This document shows positions 28,264 through 38,362 of a stretch of DNA of 61,278 nt, piece after piece. This stretch comes from a virus (taxonomy: Duplodnaviria; Caudoviricetes): positions 1 to 61,278 of the IMG/VR virus record IMGVR_UViG_3300036393_000024. The stretch is one strand, 5' to 3'. Every line of letters begins with the position of its first letter. Position 1 is the stretch's first letter. The translations under genes and the position numbers were made by a program. The notes under the pieces are model-generated. The model saw only the letters and a program-made list of their open reading frames with translations, searched no databases and had not been told where the DNA came from.

Positions 28264-28629
28264 ATGGCCGCTACCACCTACGGGATGCTCGCGCGTGACG
28301 CGGTTGCGGCCGCTCTCGGCGCCGGCGCCGGCGCGAACTGGATCTCGCTGCACAACGGAGATCCGGGCGCGACCGGGGCCAACGAGGTCACCTCGATCCC
28401 GCGCAAGCAGACCACCTTCGCCGCACCGGTCGACGGCGAGGCTCTGGGCTCCATGGTGGCCATGGACGTGGGCCCGAACACCGACTTCACCCACTACGGG
28501 CGCTGGACGGCGAGCACGGGCGGCACGTTCCACTCCGGCACGGTTCTGCCGGGCTCTGGTGAGCACTACAGCGCGGCCGGCCAGTACTTCGTGACGCCGA
28601 AGACCGCCCAGGGCGCGACCGCGGCCTGA
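28264..28629 (+). CDS. Minor tail/structural protein
   Basis: ISLHNGDPGATGANEVT...THYGRWTASTGGTF. Confidence 0.75.
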   Translation: MAATTYGMLARDAVAAALGAGAGANWISLHNGDPGATGANEVTSIPRKQTTFAAPVDGEALGSMVAMDVGPNTDFTHYGRWTASTGGTFHSGTVLPGSGEHYSAAGQYFVTPKTAQGATAA

Positions 28630-28632
28630 CCC

Positions 28633-31600
28633 GTGGCCGTCAAGCTCTACCTCACCTCGGCCGCCGCTGGGTTCACCCCGGCGACGATCCGGGGTGCCTG
28701 GTCGGATGCCGCGCTGACCGGCGCGTCGGCGCTGTCGCGGACGAAGGCGGGCGCGGCCGCGACAGCGAACCGATCGGAGACCTCCACCATCTCGACGTAC
28801 TCGGTGCTGCTGCGCCGGTTCGTCTCTACGCCGATCAACAACCCGGCCACGCTGGACGGCATCGCCTCGATGGTGCTCGGCGTCGCCGAGTCCGACCCGC
28901 AGGCGAACATGGTCACCCGCCTGCACCTGTACGTGACCGTCGGCTCGACCGACGTGGTGCGGGGCTCCTTGACCCCGTCGCAGCTGGTCGGTTCGGCCGA
29001 GTGGCCGTTCCCGGTCTTCGGCTCGTCGGTGTCGGTCGGCCAGGGGCTCACCATTCCGTCGCTCAACCCGGTGGACGCCCAGGTCGGCGACCGGGTAGTG
29101 CTCGAGGTCGGGTTCCGGGCGGTCAACACCGCCGTCAACCCGTACCTCGGTCAGATCAACTACGGGGCCACCGGGGCGGACCTGTCCGACGGCTCGACGG
29201 CGGTGGACAAGCAGCCAGGCTGGATCGAGTTCGCCGGCGCCGGGTTCACCTCGGCGTTCGGACCCACGACGCGCTCAGCCGGTGTCGTCACCCAGAACGG
29301 CTCACCGACCCAGAGCGCGACCGGGATGAAGGTCCGGGGCGCGACGGTCACCCAGAACGGCTCACCGACCCAAGGCGTGGCACTGGCGGGCAAGGGCGCG
29401 GAGGTCACCCAGGAGGGCTCACCCGAGGCCTCCGCGACCGTGTCGCGGACCAGTGACGCCGGGGTGGTGACCGCTGAGGCGTACCCGACTATGGAGGTGG
29501 AGGTCTCCCGGACCTCGGACGCCGGCGTGGTCACCCAGAACGGCTCGCCGACGATGACCGCGTACGCCCACGTCGAGGGCGACATCGACGCGCCCGCCAG
29601 TGGGCCGGACCTGATCCCGATCAACTCTCGGCCGCGCCAGTCCCACGCCCTGCGATTCATCGCCCAGGACATCCGCCCCGGTCGCTGGCTGGACTGGGAC
29701 CTGCCGCTGGTCGACCCCGAGATCACCTGGACCCTGTCCGGGCCCACCGTGATCCGGGCGAGGCTGAAGCCGGAGTACCGCCCGCTGGCCGAGCTGGGCA
29801 TCGACGGGTGGGCGACCTGGATCCACGTCGAGGACGACGGCGAGATCATCGCCTCCGGCATCCTGCAACCGAACGGTCCGGACGACGACAGCTACATCGT
29901 CGAAGCGATCGGCGTCTCGGGCTACGCACAGAAGATGCCCTACCTCGGTGAGGACTCGTTCATCGAGGTCGACACCTGCGTGGTGCTGCGCAAGATCTGG
30001 GACCACCTGCAGTCCTACCCGGACGCCAAGCTGGGTGTGCAGATCACCGGCTCGACCTCCTGCGGCACTCTGCTGGGCTCCCCGGCCCAGGCGGCGGTCG
30101 ACCCGGCCACTGGTGAGGTTCAGACCAGCACGAGCTCGACCGGCGGGACCGACACCGGCGGCGGCTCGGGCGTGCGGCCGGCGTGGGGTGTCCCTGCCGG
30201 GATGAAGGGTCTGATCGACCAGGACCCGTCCGACCACCAGGTCCCCTGGAAGATCCCGAGCGGCGCCGACCACGTCGACATCTACTTCTACGCGCCCGCT
30301 TCCAACGGGGTGACCTCCGAGTGGCTGGGCTACATCAAGAAGGGCGCGGCGCTGTGGAACCAGTCGCCGCCGCTGAACTGCATCGTGACCCAGTCGGCCG
30401 TGCCGGCCGGCAAGAACAAGGTCACCATGAAGATCAACGATGGTGGCGGGGACGACGGCAACTTCGACGCCGTCGAGAAGGGCGGCTACACCACCGGCGG
30501 CGAGATCCAGATCCTCAAGACGCTCAAGGGCGGCTCCGGCGGCGGCGAGCGGCAGAACGTCACCACGCACGAGATGGGCCACGCGGTCGGGCTGGCCCAC
30601 CGCAAGCAGTCGCGCGTGCTGATGAACGGCGACACCTACTCCGACGTGTTCATCCCGGACGCCACCGACCGCAAGAACCTGCTCTACATGTACGGCAAGC
30701 AGCTGCCCGGCGGCCACACCAACGGCGGTAGCCCGACCTCCTCGAGCAGCACGACGAGCACCTCGGCCACGGTGACCTCGACGACCACCGACCCCACGAC
30801 CGGCGTGCAGACCGTCACCTACTCCGACGGCTCGACGAAGACCCTGACCCCGAAGGTCGACGAGGCCAAGCCCTACGTGCTGGCCTGGTACGACGACCGG
30901 GACTGCGGGCAGGAGTTCGACAACCTGGCCAAGGCCGCCGGCGTCGACTACGTCGAGCGGGTCGGCTGGGACCCGACCAGGACGTTCGTCAACCACGCCA
31001 TCGAGCTGAACTACCCCCGGGCCGGCCGCAAGCGCCTGGACCTGCGCTGCGCGCTGGACGAGAACCTGCTCGACACCTTCCCACTCCCGGAGACCACCGC
31101 CCAGTTCGCCTCGCAGATCCTCGTGCGCGGCGCGGGCAAGGGCCGGGCGGCCATCCGCGGCTACGCCGGCTCCCCGGACCCGAAGCGCGTGCGCCGGGTG
31201 GCCACCGTGTCCGACCAGACCATCTCCGACACCGCCACCGCGAACTCCACCGCCGAAGAGGAGCGACTGCGGCGCCTCGCCGCGGTCAGCATCGGCGAGA
31301 TCACCCTGGACGCCGACCACCCGGACATGCCGCTGGGCTCCTACTCCGCCGGCGACGACGTCCTGATCACCGCGACCCTGGACTACGTCGGCCGGGTCGA
31401 GCTGTGGCACCGGATCATCGAGTACACCTGGCACCCGGACGCCGGCCAGGTCGTCGCCCAGGTGCGCCGCTCCGAGCAGTTCGCCTACGGCCGCCGACCC
31501 ACCGCGCGCGCCTCGGGCTACGCCGGCGCGGTCGCCCCGGACAAGTTCGTCATGGCGTTCGGCTCCAGCCTCGACGGCGGCGACTCGGCCGTCTTCAAGA

Positions 31601-33213
31601 CGATCGCCGAACAGACCCCCGACTACCTGGCCCTGCTCGGAGACCTCTGGCACGACGACGGCGGCTCCGGCCACCTGGAGCACTGGCAGAAGGCTCTGAA
31701 CGCCCCCAACCTCGGCGCGCTCGTCCAGAAGCTCCCGAACCCAGTCCTGCTCGGCCTGTCCGCGCACGAGGGCTTCGCCCCGAACGCCACCGCCGGGCCG
31801 GCGTTCGACCGCGCCAACATCGACTACCGCCGGCTGTACCCGGGCCTGAAGCTGCTGGCCGAGAAGGGCATCTACCGGCGCATCGACCGGGGCCGGGTGC
31901 GGATCATCCAGCTGGACTGCCGGACGTTCAAGTCCCCGAACGACGCCCCGGACGACCCGCTCAAGACGATGCTCGGGCTGCAGCAGAAGGCGTGGTTCAA
32001 GGCCATGCTCGGGAGTCCCTGCTACCCGGTCATCATCGTCATCGGCGACATGCCGTGGAACTCCCCGAAGGTCGATCGCGCGGACTCCTGGGCCGGCTAC
32101 ACCACCGAGCGCACCGAGCTGGCCGCCGCCTACCAGGCCTCACCCGCCAAGATCATCGTTCAGCTCGAGGGCGGCGCCCACTCGCTGGCGAAGGCGACGA
32201 ACGCCGGCGGCATCGACCGGGTCTGGCGCGCCGCCCCGTTCCGGGGCAACACCGACGTCCCGGGCAAGGGCGACGGGTACGCCGAGAACTTCCCGTCGAT
32301 CGCGGCCGCCGGCCCGGTCGCCGAGCAGTTCGGGCTGGTCACCGTCACCGACACCAGCCAGAAGATCACCGTCGAGTTCAAGGGCTACTCCGGCGGCCAG
32401 GTCAAGATGACCGACAGCATCGCCATCGACGCCCCCTCCGGCACGCCGATCGCCACCGCGCCCGCCACCGGCGGAACCGGCTCGACCGGTGGCACCGCGG
32501 CCACGGCGGGCAACCCGTCCCAGCTGCTCAAGATCGGCAAGCAGACCGGCTGGAGCAAGTTCAACCTCGGTGTCGGCTACTCGGGCAGCTCGCACAAGGA
32601 CTCGGACCTGACTGCGATCCAGAACGGCCTGGTCATCCCCGGCTACTTCGAGATGACCGCCGACAAGCAGCGGGTCAAGATGTCCAGCCACCTCGACGGC
32701 GGCCGCACCAGCTCCAACACGAAGTACCCGCGTACCGAGTTCCGCGAGCTCGGCCTCGACGGCAGCTCGAAGGCCTCGTGGAACGCGGGCTCCGGCACGC
32801 ACCGGCTGTTCTGCCGGGGCCGGGTCACCCGGATGCCCCCGAACAAGCCGCAGCTGTGCCTGGCCCAGACCCACGACGCCGACGACGACACCGGGATGAT
32901 CTACGTCAACTCGAAGACGCAGGTCATCGTCAAGCACCGGGGCGAGAACATCGGCACGCTGACCAACGACTTCAAGTTCGGGGTCGACTACGACTACGGC
33001 TTCGAGCTGGTCAACGGCCAGATGAAGTACTTCTGGGGCAACTTCACCACCCCCCGGTTCACCCGCTCAGTCTCCGGGTCGGGCTGGTACTTCAAGGCCG
33101 GCGCCTACGGCCAGTCGAACAGCTCGACCGACAAGACCAGCGACGGACCCTTCATCGTCGAGATGAGCCGGTGCATGGCCTGGCACTCCGGCTACCCGAA
33201 CCCGGTGGGCTAG
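28633..33213 (+). CDS. Large multidomain tail protein: structural hub + metzincin + PhoD-like + PL7 polysaccharide lyase
   Basis: WLDWDLPL..TLSGP tail hub; HEMGHAVGLAH+VLM (30568-30625); FGSS..LLGDLWH..IQLDCRTFKS..TMLG.QQKAWF (PhoD-like); PRTEFRE/QTH/YFKAGAYGQ (PL7). Confidence 0.8.
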   Translation: MAVKLYLTSAAAGFTPATIRGAWSDAALTGASALSRTKAGAAATANRSETSTISTYSVLLRRFVSTPINNPATLDGIASMVLGVAESDPQANMVTRLHLYVTVGSTDVVRGSLTPSQLVGSAEWPFPVFGSSVSVGQGLTIPSLNPVDAQVGDRVVLEVGFRAVNTAVNPYLGQINYGATGADLSDGSTAVDKQPGWIEFAGAGFTSAFGPTTRSAGVVTQNGSPTQSATGMKVRGATVTQNGSPTQGVALAGKGAEVTQEGSPEASATVSRTSDAGVVTAEAYPTMEVEVSRTSDAGVVTQNGSPTMTAYAHVEGDIDAPASGPDLIPINSRPRQSHALRFIAQDIRPGRWLDWDLPLVDPEITWTLSGPTVIRARLKPEYRPLAELGIDGWATWIHVEDDGEIIASGILQPNGPDDDSYIVEAIGVSGYAQKMPYLGEDSFIEVDTCVVLRKIWDHLQSYPDAKLGVQITGSTSCGTLLGSPAQAAVDPATGEVQTSTSSTGGTDTGGGSGVRPAWGVPAGMKGLIDQDPSDHQVPWKIPSGADHVDIYFYAPASNGVTSEWLGYIKKGAALWNQSPPLNCIVTQSAVPAGKNKVTMKINDGGGDDGNFDAVEKGGYTTGGEIQILKTLKGGSGGGERQNVTTHEMGHAVGLAHRKQSRVLMNGDTYSDVFIPDATDRKNLLYMYGKQLPGGHTNGGSPTSSSSTTSTSATVTSTTTDPTTGVQTVTYSDGSTKTLTPKVDEAKPYVLAWYDDRDCGQEFDNLAKAAGVDYVERVGWDPTRTFVNHAIELNYPRAGRKRLDLRCALDENLLDTFPLPETTAQFASQILVRGAGKGRAAIRGYAGSPDPKRVRRVATVSDQTISDTATANSTAEEERLRRLAAVSIGEITLDADHPDMPLGSYSAGDDVLITATLDYVGRVELWHRIIEYTWHPDAGQVVAQVRRSEQFAYGRRPTARASGYAGAVAPDKFVMAFGSSLDGGDSAVFKTIAEQTPDYLALLGDLWHDDGGSGHLEHWQKALNAPNLGALVQKLPNPVLLGLSAHEGFAPNATAGPAFDRANIDYRRLYPGLKLLAEKGIYRRIDRGRVRIIQLDCRTFKSPNDAPDDPLKTMLGLQQKAWFKAMLGSPCYPVIIVIGDMPWNSPKVDRADSWAGYTTERTELAAAYQASPAKIIVQLEGGAHSLAKATNAGGIDRVWRAAPFRGNTDVPGKGDGYAENFPSIAAAGPVAEQFGLVTVTDTSQKITVEFKGYSGGQVKMTDSIAIDAPSGTPIATAPATGGTGSTGGTAATAGNPSQLLKIGKQTGWSKFNLGVGYSGSSHKDSDLTAIQNGLVIPGYFEMTADKQRVKMSSHLDGGRTSSNTKYPRTEFRELGLDGSSKASWNAGSGTHRLFCRGRVTRMPPNKPQLCLAQTHDADDDTGMIYVNSKTQVIVKHRGENIGTLTNDFKFGVDYDYGFELVNGQMKYFWGNFTTPRFTRSVSGSGWYFKAGAYGQSNSSTDKTSDGPFIVEMSRCMAWHSGYPNPVG
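29284..29556 (+). repeat. VTQNGSPT peptide repeats in tail protein
   Basis: gtcacccagaacggctc(a/g)ccgac at about 29287, 29347, 29530; variant at 29404. Confidence 0.65.
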
Positions 33214-33683
33214 GAAGCTGTGCGCTCGCGCTCCGCCTGCACTGGGTCGACGCCCTCGATCACCAGCGCGGCGACCTGGGCGGCCCGCTCCCGCGCGGCC
33301 TTCTCCGCTTGCTCCTTCGAGAGTCCGTAGGCGGCGACGTGCCAGCCCGCCAGTTCTCCGTTGGTCCAGTGGAGTGTGGATGCTTCCGAGATCGGGTGCA
33401 TCGGGCCGTTGTTGTCCCCGAGGTAAACCTCTGAGCTTGTCCAGGACTTGCCGATAGATCCGTCGTACTTGACCTGTACCGCAGCCCGCCAATTGTCGGC
33501 TCGGCGCAGCGACCGGTCGCCGGAGGGGTACAGCGGGAACTCCTCCACGAACCAGTGATCGCCCCCCGTGTTGAGGCGCTCGACCACCGCCACGGCGTCG
33601 GCCTTGTCCAGGAACAGGCCGTGAACGACGTAGTCCGAGTACGCGCCCGAGCTGACCGCGTAGATCGTCCGTCGTTCACTCAT
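33210..33683 (-). CDS. Hypothetical protein (antisense moron)
   Basis: IYAVSSGAYSDYVVHGLF..K..A phage-type N-terminus; stop overlaps the + gene stop (CTAG). Confidence 0.65.
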   Translation of the reverse strand: MSERRTIYAVSSGAYSDYVVHGLFLDKADAVAVVERLNTGGDHWFVEEFPLYPSGDRSLRRADNWRAAVQVKYDGSIGKSWTSSEVYLGDNNGPMHPISEASTLHWTNGELAGWHVAAYGLSKEQAEKAARERAAQVAALVIEGVDPVQAERERTAS

Positions 33684-33703
33684 CCACCCATCGTCCCACG
33701 GAG

Positions 33704-35398
33704 GTGCCCTCGCTGATGCCTTCGATGACCTCGGGTGACCGCCGTGCGCTCGACGACCTCGCGCGGGACTTCGCGGAGATGCAGCGCGAGATCGAGCTGC
33801 TGAAGGCCGGACAGAACGCCAGCACGCTGGGCAACTCCTCGGTCGACGACGGCGCCCTGGTCTTCACCGACGGCAACGGCACCCCGGTGCTCCGGCTGGG
33901 CAAGCAGGACGACGGGACCTACGTCGGCGGGGTCGCCATCGGCGCGCAGGACCCGCCCGAGGTGCCGGCGGCGCCGACGGTGACCCCGGGCCTGGGCGGG
34001 ACGCTGAAGATCGCCTCCCACGGGTCGGTCGAGCCGCCCTGGCCGGCGAACTTCTCCCACCTCAACGTGTGGGTCCAGGCCGCGGACGCCGAGGTCGAGC
34101 CGGACGCACCGGTGGGCACGATCATCGGGACCGGCGACAGCTTGTTCATCACCACGAAGCTGGACACGACCCCCTACCGGTGCTGGCTCACCTCGGTGAA
34201 CATCTCCGGCGCGGAGTCCGACCCGTCCGAGGCCGTCACTGCCACCCCGGCCCTGGTCGTCGGCCAGGACATCCTCGACGGGGCGATCGCCGAGCTGCAG
34301 CTGGCCGACGAGGCGGTGTCGGCGGCGAAGATCGCGGTGGCGGCGATCGCCAACTACCACTTCGGTGACAAGGTCGTGGACCTGCGCGCGCTCGGCGACG
34401 AGTCCGTGGGCTCGGACCAGCTGGTCGCGGCCGCCATCCTCGCCCGGCACATCGGCGCGCAGCAGGTCACCGCCGCCGCCATCGTGGCCGAGGCCATCCA
34501 GGCCGGGCACATCGCCGCCGAGGCGATCCAGGCCGGCCACCTGGCGGCGGACTCGATCACCTCGCGGGCGATCCTGGCTCTGGCCATCACCGCCGACAAG
34601 ATGGCCGCCAACTCGGTCACCGCCGGCGCGATCGCGGCCGGCTCGATCACCGCCGACAAGATCCGAGCTGGTGAGGTGCTCGCCGACGTTTCTCTGGCCA
34701 CCGGCACCTCGGGGCGCCGGGTGGTGGTCAGCGGCCCGGCGAACGAGATCCAGTTCTACCCGGCCCTCAACGAGGCCGCGAAGGCCCGGATCTTCTCCTA
34801 CGTCCCGATCGCCTACCCCGATGACGTGGTCCTGGAGATGCGGGCGATCTCGTCGGCGGCCACGGCCGTCACGCCGCGCATGTTCCTGTCCCCGGACGCG
34901 GCCACCATCGCGCTCACCGACTCGGCCGACGACACGGTGGCCCGGGGCGGGTTCGCGCGCCTCGAGGAGGGCGCGGCCACGTTCGGTCTGCGCACCGGGT
35001 CGGCCCAGCCGTACGGGCTCGGGGTGTACGACGGTGGGCTGCTGAGCCTGCGCGGGTACTTCCAGCACAGCCTGCGGCCGAACTCGAACGACGCCCTGCT
35101 GCTGTTCGCGGTCACGCTGAACAACCTGTCGACGACGAAGTACATCATGCGGCTGGTGGTGACCTACCCGGTCACGATGGACACCCTGGTCGCGCCCGTC
35201 CTGTCGTGCGGGGCGGCCAACGCGGTCACCACCAACTACACGGTCCGGTCGGAGTCGGTGTCGACCTCCGGGATGACCATCCGGATCGGCACCACAACCT
35301 CGACCGCGCTCAAGCCGCAGGAGTCTCTGGCGATCTACTGCTGGGGGTTCCGCGTGCCCGCCAGCATCCCCCTGGCCGTCGTAGGGACGGACCTGTGA
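33704..35398 (+). CDS. Minor tail / fibre protein
   Basis: LGNSSVDDG, LGKQDDGT, Ig/FN3-like segment, (A/S)ITADKI-type 10-aa repeats. Confidence 0.8.
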   Translation: MPSLMPSMTSGDRRALDDLARDFAEMQREIELLKAGQNASTLGNSSVDDGALVFTDGNGTPVLRLGKQDDGTYVGGVAIGAQDPPEVPAAPTVTPGLGGTLKIASHGSVEPPWPANFSHLNVWVQAADAEVEPDAPVGTIIGTGDSLFITTKLDTTPYRCWLTSVNISGAESDPSEAVTATPALVVGQDILDGAIAELQLADEAVSAAKIAVAAIANYHFGDKVVDLRALGDESVGSDQLVAAAILARHIGAQQVTAAAIVAEAIQAGHIAAEAIQAGHLAADSITSRAILALAITADKMAANSVTAGAIAAGSITADKIRAGEVLADVSLATGTSGRRVVVSGPANEIQFYPALNEAAKARIFSYVPIAYPDDVVLEMRAISSAATAVTPRMFLSPDAATIALTDSADDTVARGGFARLEEGAATFGLRTGSAQPYGLGVYDGGLLSLRGYFQHSLRPNSNDALLLFAVTLNNLSTTKYIMRLVVTYPVTMDTLVAPVLSCGAANAVTTNYTVRSESVSTSGMTIRIGTTTSTALKPQESLAIYCWGFRVPASIPLAVVGTDL

Positions 35399-36099
35399 AC
35401 ATCACCGTGCACCACGTCGAGCTGTCCACGATCGCCGGCCAGGCCATGTACGTGGCCACGTGCGAGGTCGAGCAGCCCGGCGCCGAGATCGAGGGCCTCG
35501 AGGTCCAGCTCATCCCGCACGACACCTTCGAGGCCAAGGCCGGCGAGTACGCCATCGACACCAGCTCGAAGACCGGCTGGCAGGACCTGCTGGACCTGGT
35601 GTTCTACGGCGAGCGGCTCCCCGAGACCGCGCAGGACCAGCTCGCCGACCCCGACCACCTGCTCAACGCCCCCACCGTCGCGCACGCCCGCAAGACCCGC
35701 CTGGGCCGGATCAAGGCAATGCGCGGGAAGGGCACGCTGACCGGCGCGACGGGCGAGACCGCCGACCGGGTGCTGCTCTCGGACGCAGGCGGGGTGGTCA
35801 ACTCGGGCAAGGAGGATCCGCTGGAGTTCATCCGCCGGACCGCGCCGATGTCGCGCGAGCACCTACGGGTGCGCGCGGAGTTCACCCGCCGCCAGCGCAA
35901 CCGGCTGCGCGCCGCCCGGGCGGGCCGCAACACCCGCGACCTGCTGCCCGAGGACGTCCTCGCGGCCGGCGACCAGGCCCGGGCGGACATGACACTCGCG
36001 GACCTGCACGAGGGCCGGGAGTCCGCCGCCGAACTCGCCGCCCGGCTGCTGGGACCGCCGGCGACCGAGCCCAACCAGCCACCCGCGACGGCACTCTAG
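35395..36099 (+). CDS. Tail-region hypothetical protein
   Basis: GTGA overlap, GC3 bias. Confidence 0.65.
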   Translation: MNITVHHVELSTIAGQAMYVATCEVEQPGAEIEGLEVQLIPHDTFEAKAGEYAIDTSSKTGWQDLLDLVFYGERLPETAQDQLADPDHLLNAPTVAHARKTRLGRIKAMRGKGTLTGATGETADRVLLSDAGGVVNSGKEDPLEFIRRTAPMSREHLRVRAEFTRRQRNRLRAARAGRNTRDLLPEDVLAAGDQARADMTLADLHEGRESAAELAARLLGPPATEPNQPPATAL

Positions 36100-36108
36100 G
36101 AGGTTGGG

Positions 36109-36432
36109 GTGGGCATCGAGTTCGGCAGCAAGCCCTACCGGATCAAGGTCAACCTGGCCCAGGACGCGCGGTTCTACCAGGCGATCCGCTCTCCCGCCGG
36201 CCAGCCCGCGTGGCCCTCGGACGTCGACGTCGAGCTGCGGTTCACCTTCAGCACGGCCGACCCGGTCACCTGGCAGGCCCTCGTCGACGTGGACGACGAC
36301 CACCTGCTGGTCTTCGAGCGCAACCCCGCCCAGGTGGCTGAGGTGCGCGGCCAGCTCGCCGAGCTCGTGTCCTGCCGCTGGTTCTCCGGCGACGACTACC
36401 TCGGCAAAGCGCAGGTCGTCGATGTCACCTGA
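36109..36432 (+). CDS. Tail-region hypothetical protein
   Basis: RBS AGGAGG; GC3 bias. Confidence 0.65.
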   Translation: MGIEFGSKPYRIKVNLAQDARFYQAIRSPAGQPAWPSDVDVELRFTFSTADPVTWQALVDVDDDHLLVFERNPAQVAEVRGQLAELVSCRWFSGDDYLGKAQVVDVT

Positions 36433-36940
36433 GCTGATCGAGCTCGGCCACGGCGTGCCCGACGAGATCGAGCTGGTCGTCTCCCGCCCCGAGATCGTCC
36501 TCGGCGCACCGGAGACCGAGCTGGTCATGGTGCCGGTTCGCGGCCAGCGCGGGCCGACCGGCCCGGCGGGCGACCAGCCCGGCTCGCTGGTCTTCGAGCG
36601 CCAGGTCGGCGACGACAGCCCGGTCTCCGGCCACCGGGTGGTCCGGCCCAACCCCGACGGCTCGATCTCCTACGCCAGCAACGACGACCCGGCCGACCTC
36701 GGTGCGCCGCTGTGGCTGACCCTGCAGGCCGGCACCGAGGTCTCGGTGTGCGCGCTCGGCGCGGTCGACGAGCCGTCGTGGTCCTGGACGGTCGGGCCGC
36801 TCTACCTCGGCGTCAACGGCGTCCTGACCCAGACCCCGCCCACAGCCGCCGGTGGGGCGCTGTTCCTGGTGGTCGTCGGCTACGCGACCGGCCCGAACTC
36901 GGCATTCATCGACCCCGGCCCCCCGATCAGCCTCATCTAG
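36422..36940 (+). CDS. Virion fibre/cement-like protein
   Basis: GQRGPTGPAG, SGHRVV, WSWTVGPLYLGVNGVLTQTPP. Confidence 0.65.
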   Translation: MSPELIELGHGVPDEIELVVSRPEIVLGAPETELVMVPVRGQRGPTGPAGDQPGSLVFERQVGDDSPVSGHRVVRPNPDGSISYASNDDPADLGAPLWLTLQAGTEVSVCALGAVDEPSWSWTVGPLYLGVNGVLTQTPPTAAGGALFLVVVGYATGPNSAFIDPGPPISLI

Positions 36941-36951
36941 GAGGAGCGCAC

Positions 36952-37827
36952 GTGCCTTCCCTGCTCAAGCCCTGCACGACGTGGGAGACCAAGTCGGACC
37001 AGCACTACGACAGCGGCGCCAACCAGGTGCTCGACGTCTACATCCCCCAGGGGAACGGCACCACCACCAACCCGCTGATCGTCACCGTCCACGGCGGCGG
37101 CTGGGAATCGGGAACCGAGAACTTCGACAACACCACCGGCGTGCTCGCGTCCACGTTCGTCCGTCGCGGGTTCGCGGTGGCCTCGGTGCGCTACCGGCTC
37201 TCCGGCGAGGCGCCCTGGCCCGCCCAGATCCGCGACGTGCTCGCCGCTATTCGGGAGCTGCGGGCGCGGGGCACGTCATGGCGGCTGTGGCCGGACAAGA
37301 TCGGATTGTGGGGTTTCTCCGCGGGCGCGCACCTCACGCTGCAGGCCGCCGTCGCCGCCGACGACCCCGCCTACATCAGCTCGACCCGGCCCGGGGTGTC
37401 CAGCCGGGCCCAGGCGGTGCTGGCCGACTACCCGCCCACAGACCTGATCAAGTGGGTCACCACGCCCGGGTTCGAGCCGCTGCAGGCCGCCAACTCCATC
37501 GTCGGGCGGCTGTTCGGCGGTCAGGCCCCGCTGTCCATCCCCGACACGGTCAACCGGGCCTCACCGGCCTGGACCGGCCGGCCGATCCCGTCGGACGCCC
37601 CGCCGATCTGGCTGCGCCACGGGGACAAGGACGAGCTCGTCCCCTACAGCCAGTCCTGCGTGATGTACGACGCCTGCGCCGACGCGGGCCTGGGTGACCG
37701 GATCAAGTACACCCTGAAGGCCGGCGCGAAGCACGCCGACCCGGCCTTCTACAGCGACCTGGTGGTGCTCAAGTCGATCGGGGACTGGTTCGACAGCTAC
37801 TTGCGCACCCCGGACCTCCGGCACTAG
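36952..37827 (+). CDS. Alpha/beta-hydrolase (HSL-type esterase)
   Basis: LDVY, HGGGW, YRLS, GFSAG nucleophile, HGDKDELVP, GAKH; RBS GGAGG. Confidence 0.88.
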   Translation: MPSLLKPCTTWETKSDQHYDSGANQVLDVYIPQGNGTTTNPLIVTVHGGGWESGTENFDNTTGVLASTFVRRGFAVASVRYRLSGEAPWPAQIRDVLAAIRELRARGTSWRLWPDKIGLWGFSAGAHLTLQAAVAADDPAYISSTRPGVSSRAQAVLADYPPTDLIKWVTTPGFEPLQAANSIVGRLFGGQAPLSIPDTVNRASPAWTGRPIPSDAPPIWLRHGDKDELVPYSQSCVMYDACADAGLGDRIKYTLKAGAKHADPAFYSDLVVLKSIGDWFDSYLRTPDLRH

Positions 37828-37855
37828 TCGACCCGCTCTCACCTAGGAGACCCTC

Positions 37856-38359
37856 GTGGCCAAGTACCTCACCAACAGCTCCGGCACGATCGCCGAGGCG
37901 TCCACCGTCGCCTCGTCGGCCGGCGCCGGCGACTCCGGGAAGATCCCCGGGCTGAACGGGTCCGGTGTCCTGGACAACTCGTTCCTGCCCCCCGGTATCG
38001 GCGCCGACACCGCCGCCATCACCGCGAGTGAGGCGCTCTCCGCCGGTGATCTGGTCAACATCCACAACTCCAGCGGCCCGAAGGTGCGCAAGGCCGACGC
38101 GTCCACCTCCGGGAAGGAGGCTCACGGCTTCGTCCTCGCCGCGGTGTCCAACGGTGCGTCGGCGACGGTGTACTTCGAGGGCACCAACAACCAGGTCTCC
38201 AGCCTCACCGCCGGGGTGCTGTATCTGTCCGACACCACCCCGGGAGGTACCACCTCCACCGCCCCGTCGGGCTCGGGCAAGGTGGTGCAGCGGGTCGGGT
38301 TCGCCACCGCCACGACCGCGCTGAACTTCGACGCCGGCCCCGCTATCGTCCTGGTCTGA
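37856..38359 (+). CDS. Virion fibre/cement-like protein
   Basis: SAGAGDSGKIPGL..G.LD, EALSAGDLVNI, ADA...AHGFV, YLS.TTPG, VQRVG. Confidence 0.65.
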   Translation: MAKYLTNSSGTIAEASTVASSAGAGDSGKIPGLNGSGVLDNSFLPPGIGADTAAITASEALSAGDLVNIHNSSGPKVRKADASTSGKEAHGFVLAAVSNGASATVYFEGTNNQVSSLTAGVLYLSDTTPGGTTSTAPSGSGKVVQRVGFATATTALNFDAGPAIVLV

Positions 38360-38362
38360 TCA

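Noticed and set aside
36952-37827. Lysin B
   Set aside because: The HGGG/GxSAG motifs are HSL-family rather than cutinase-like LysB, and the gene lies among structural genes.
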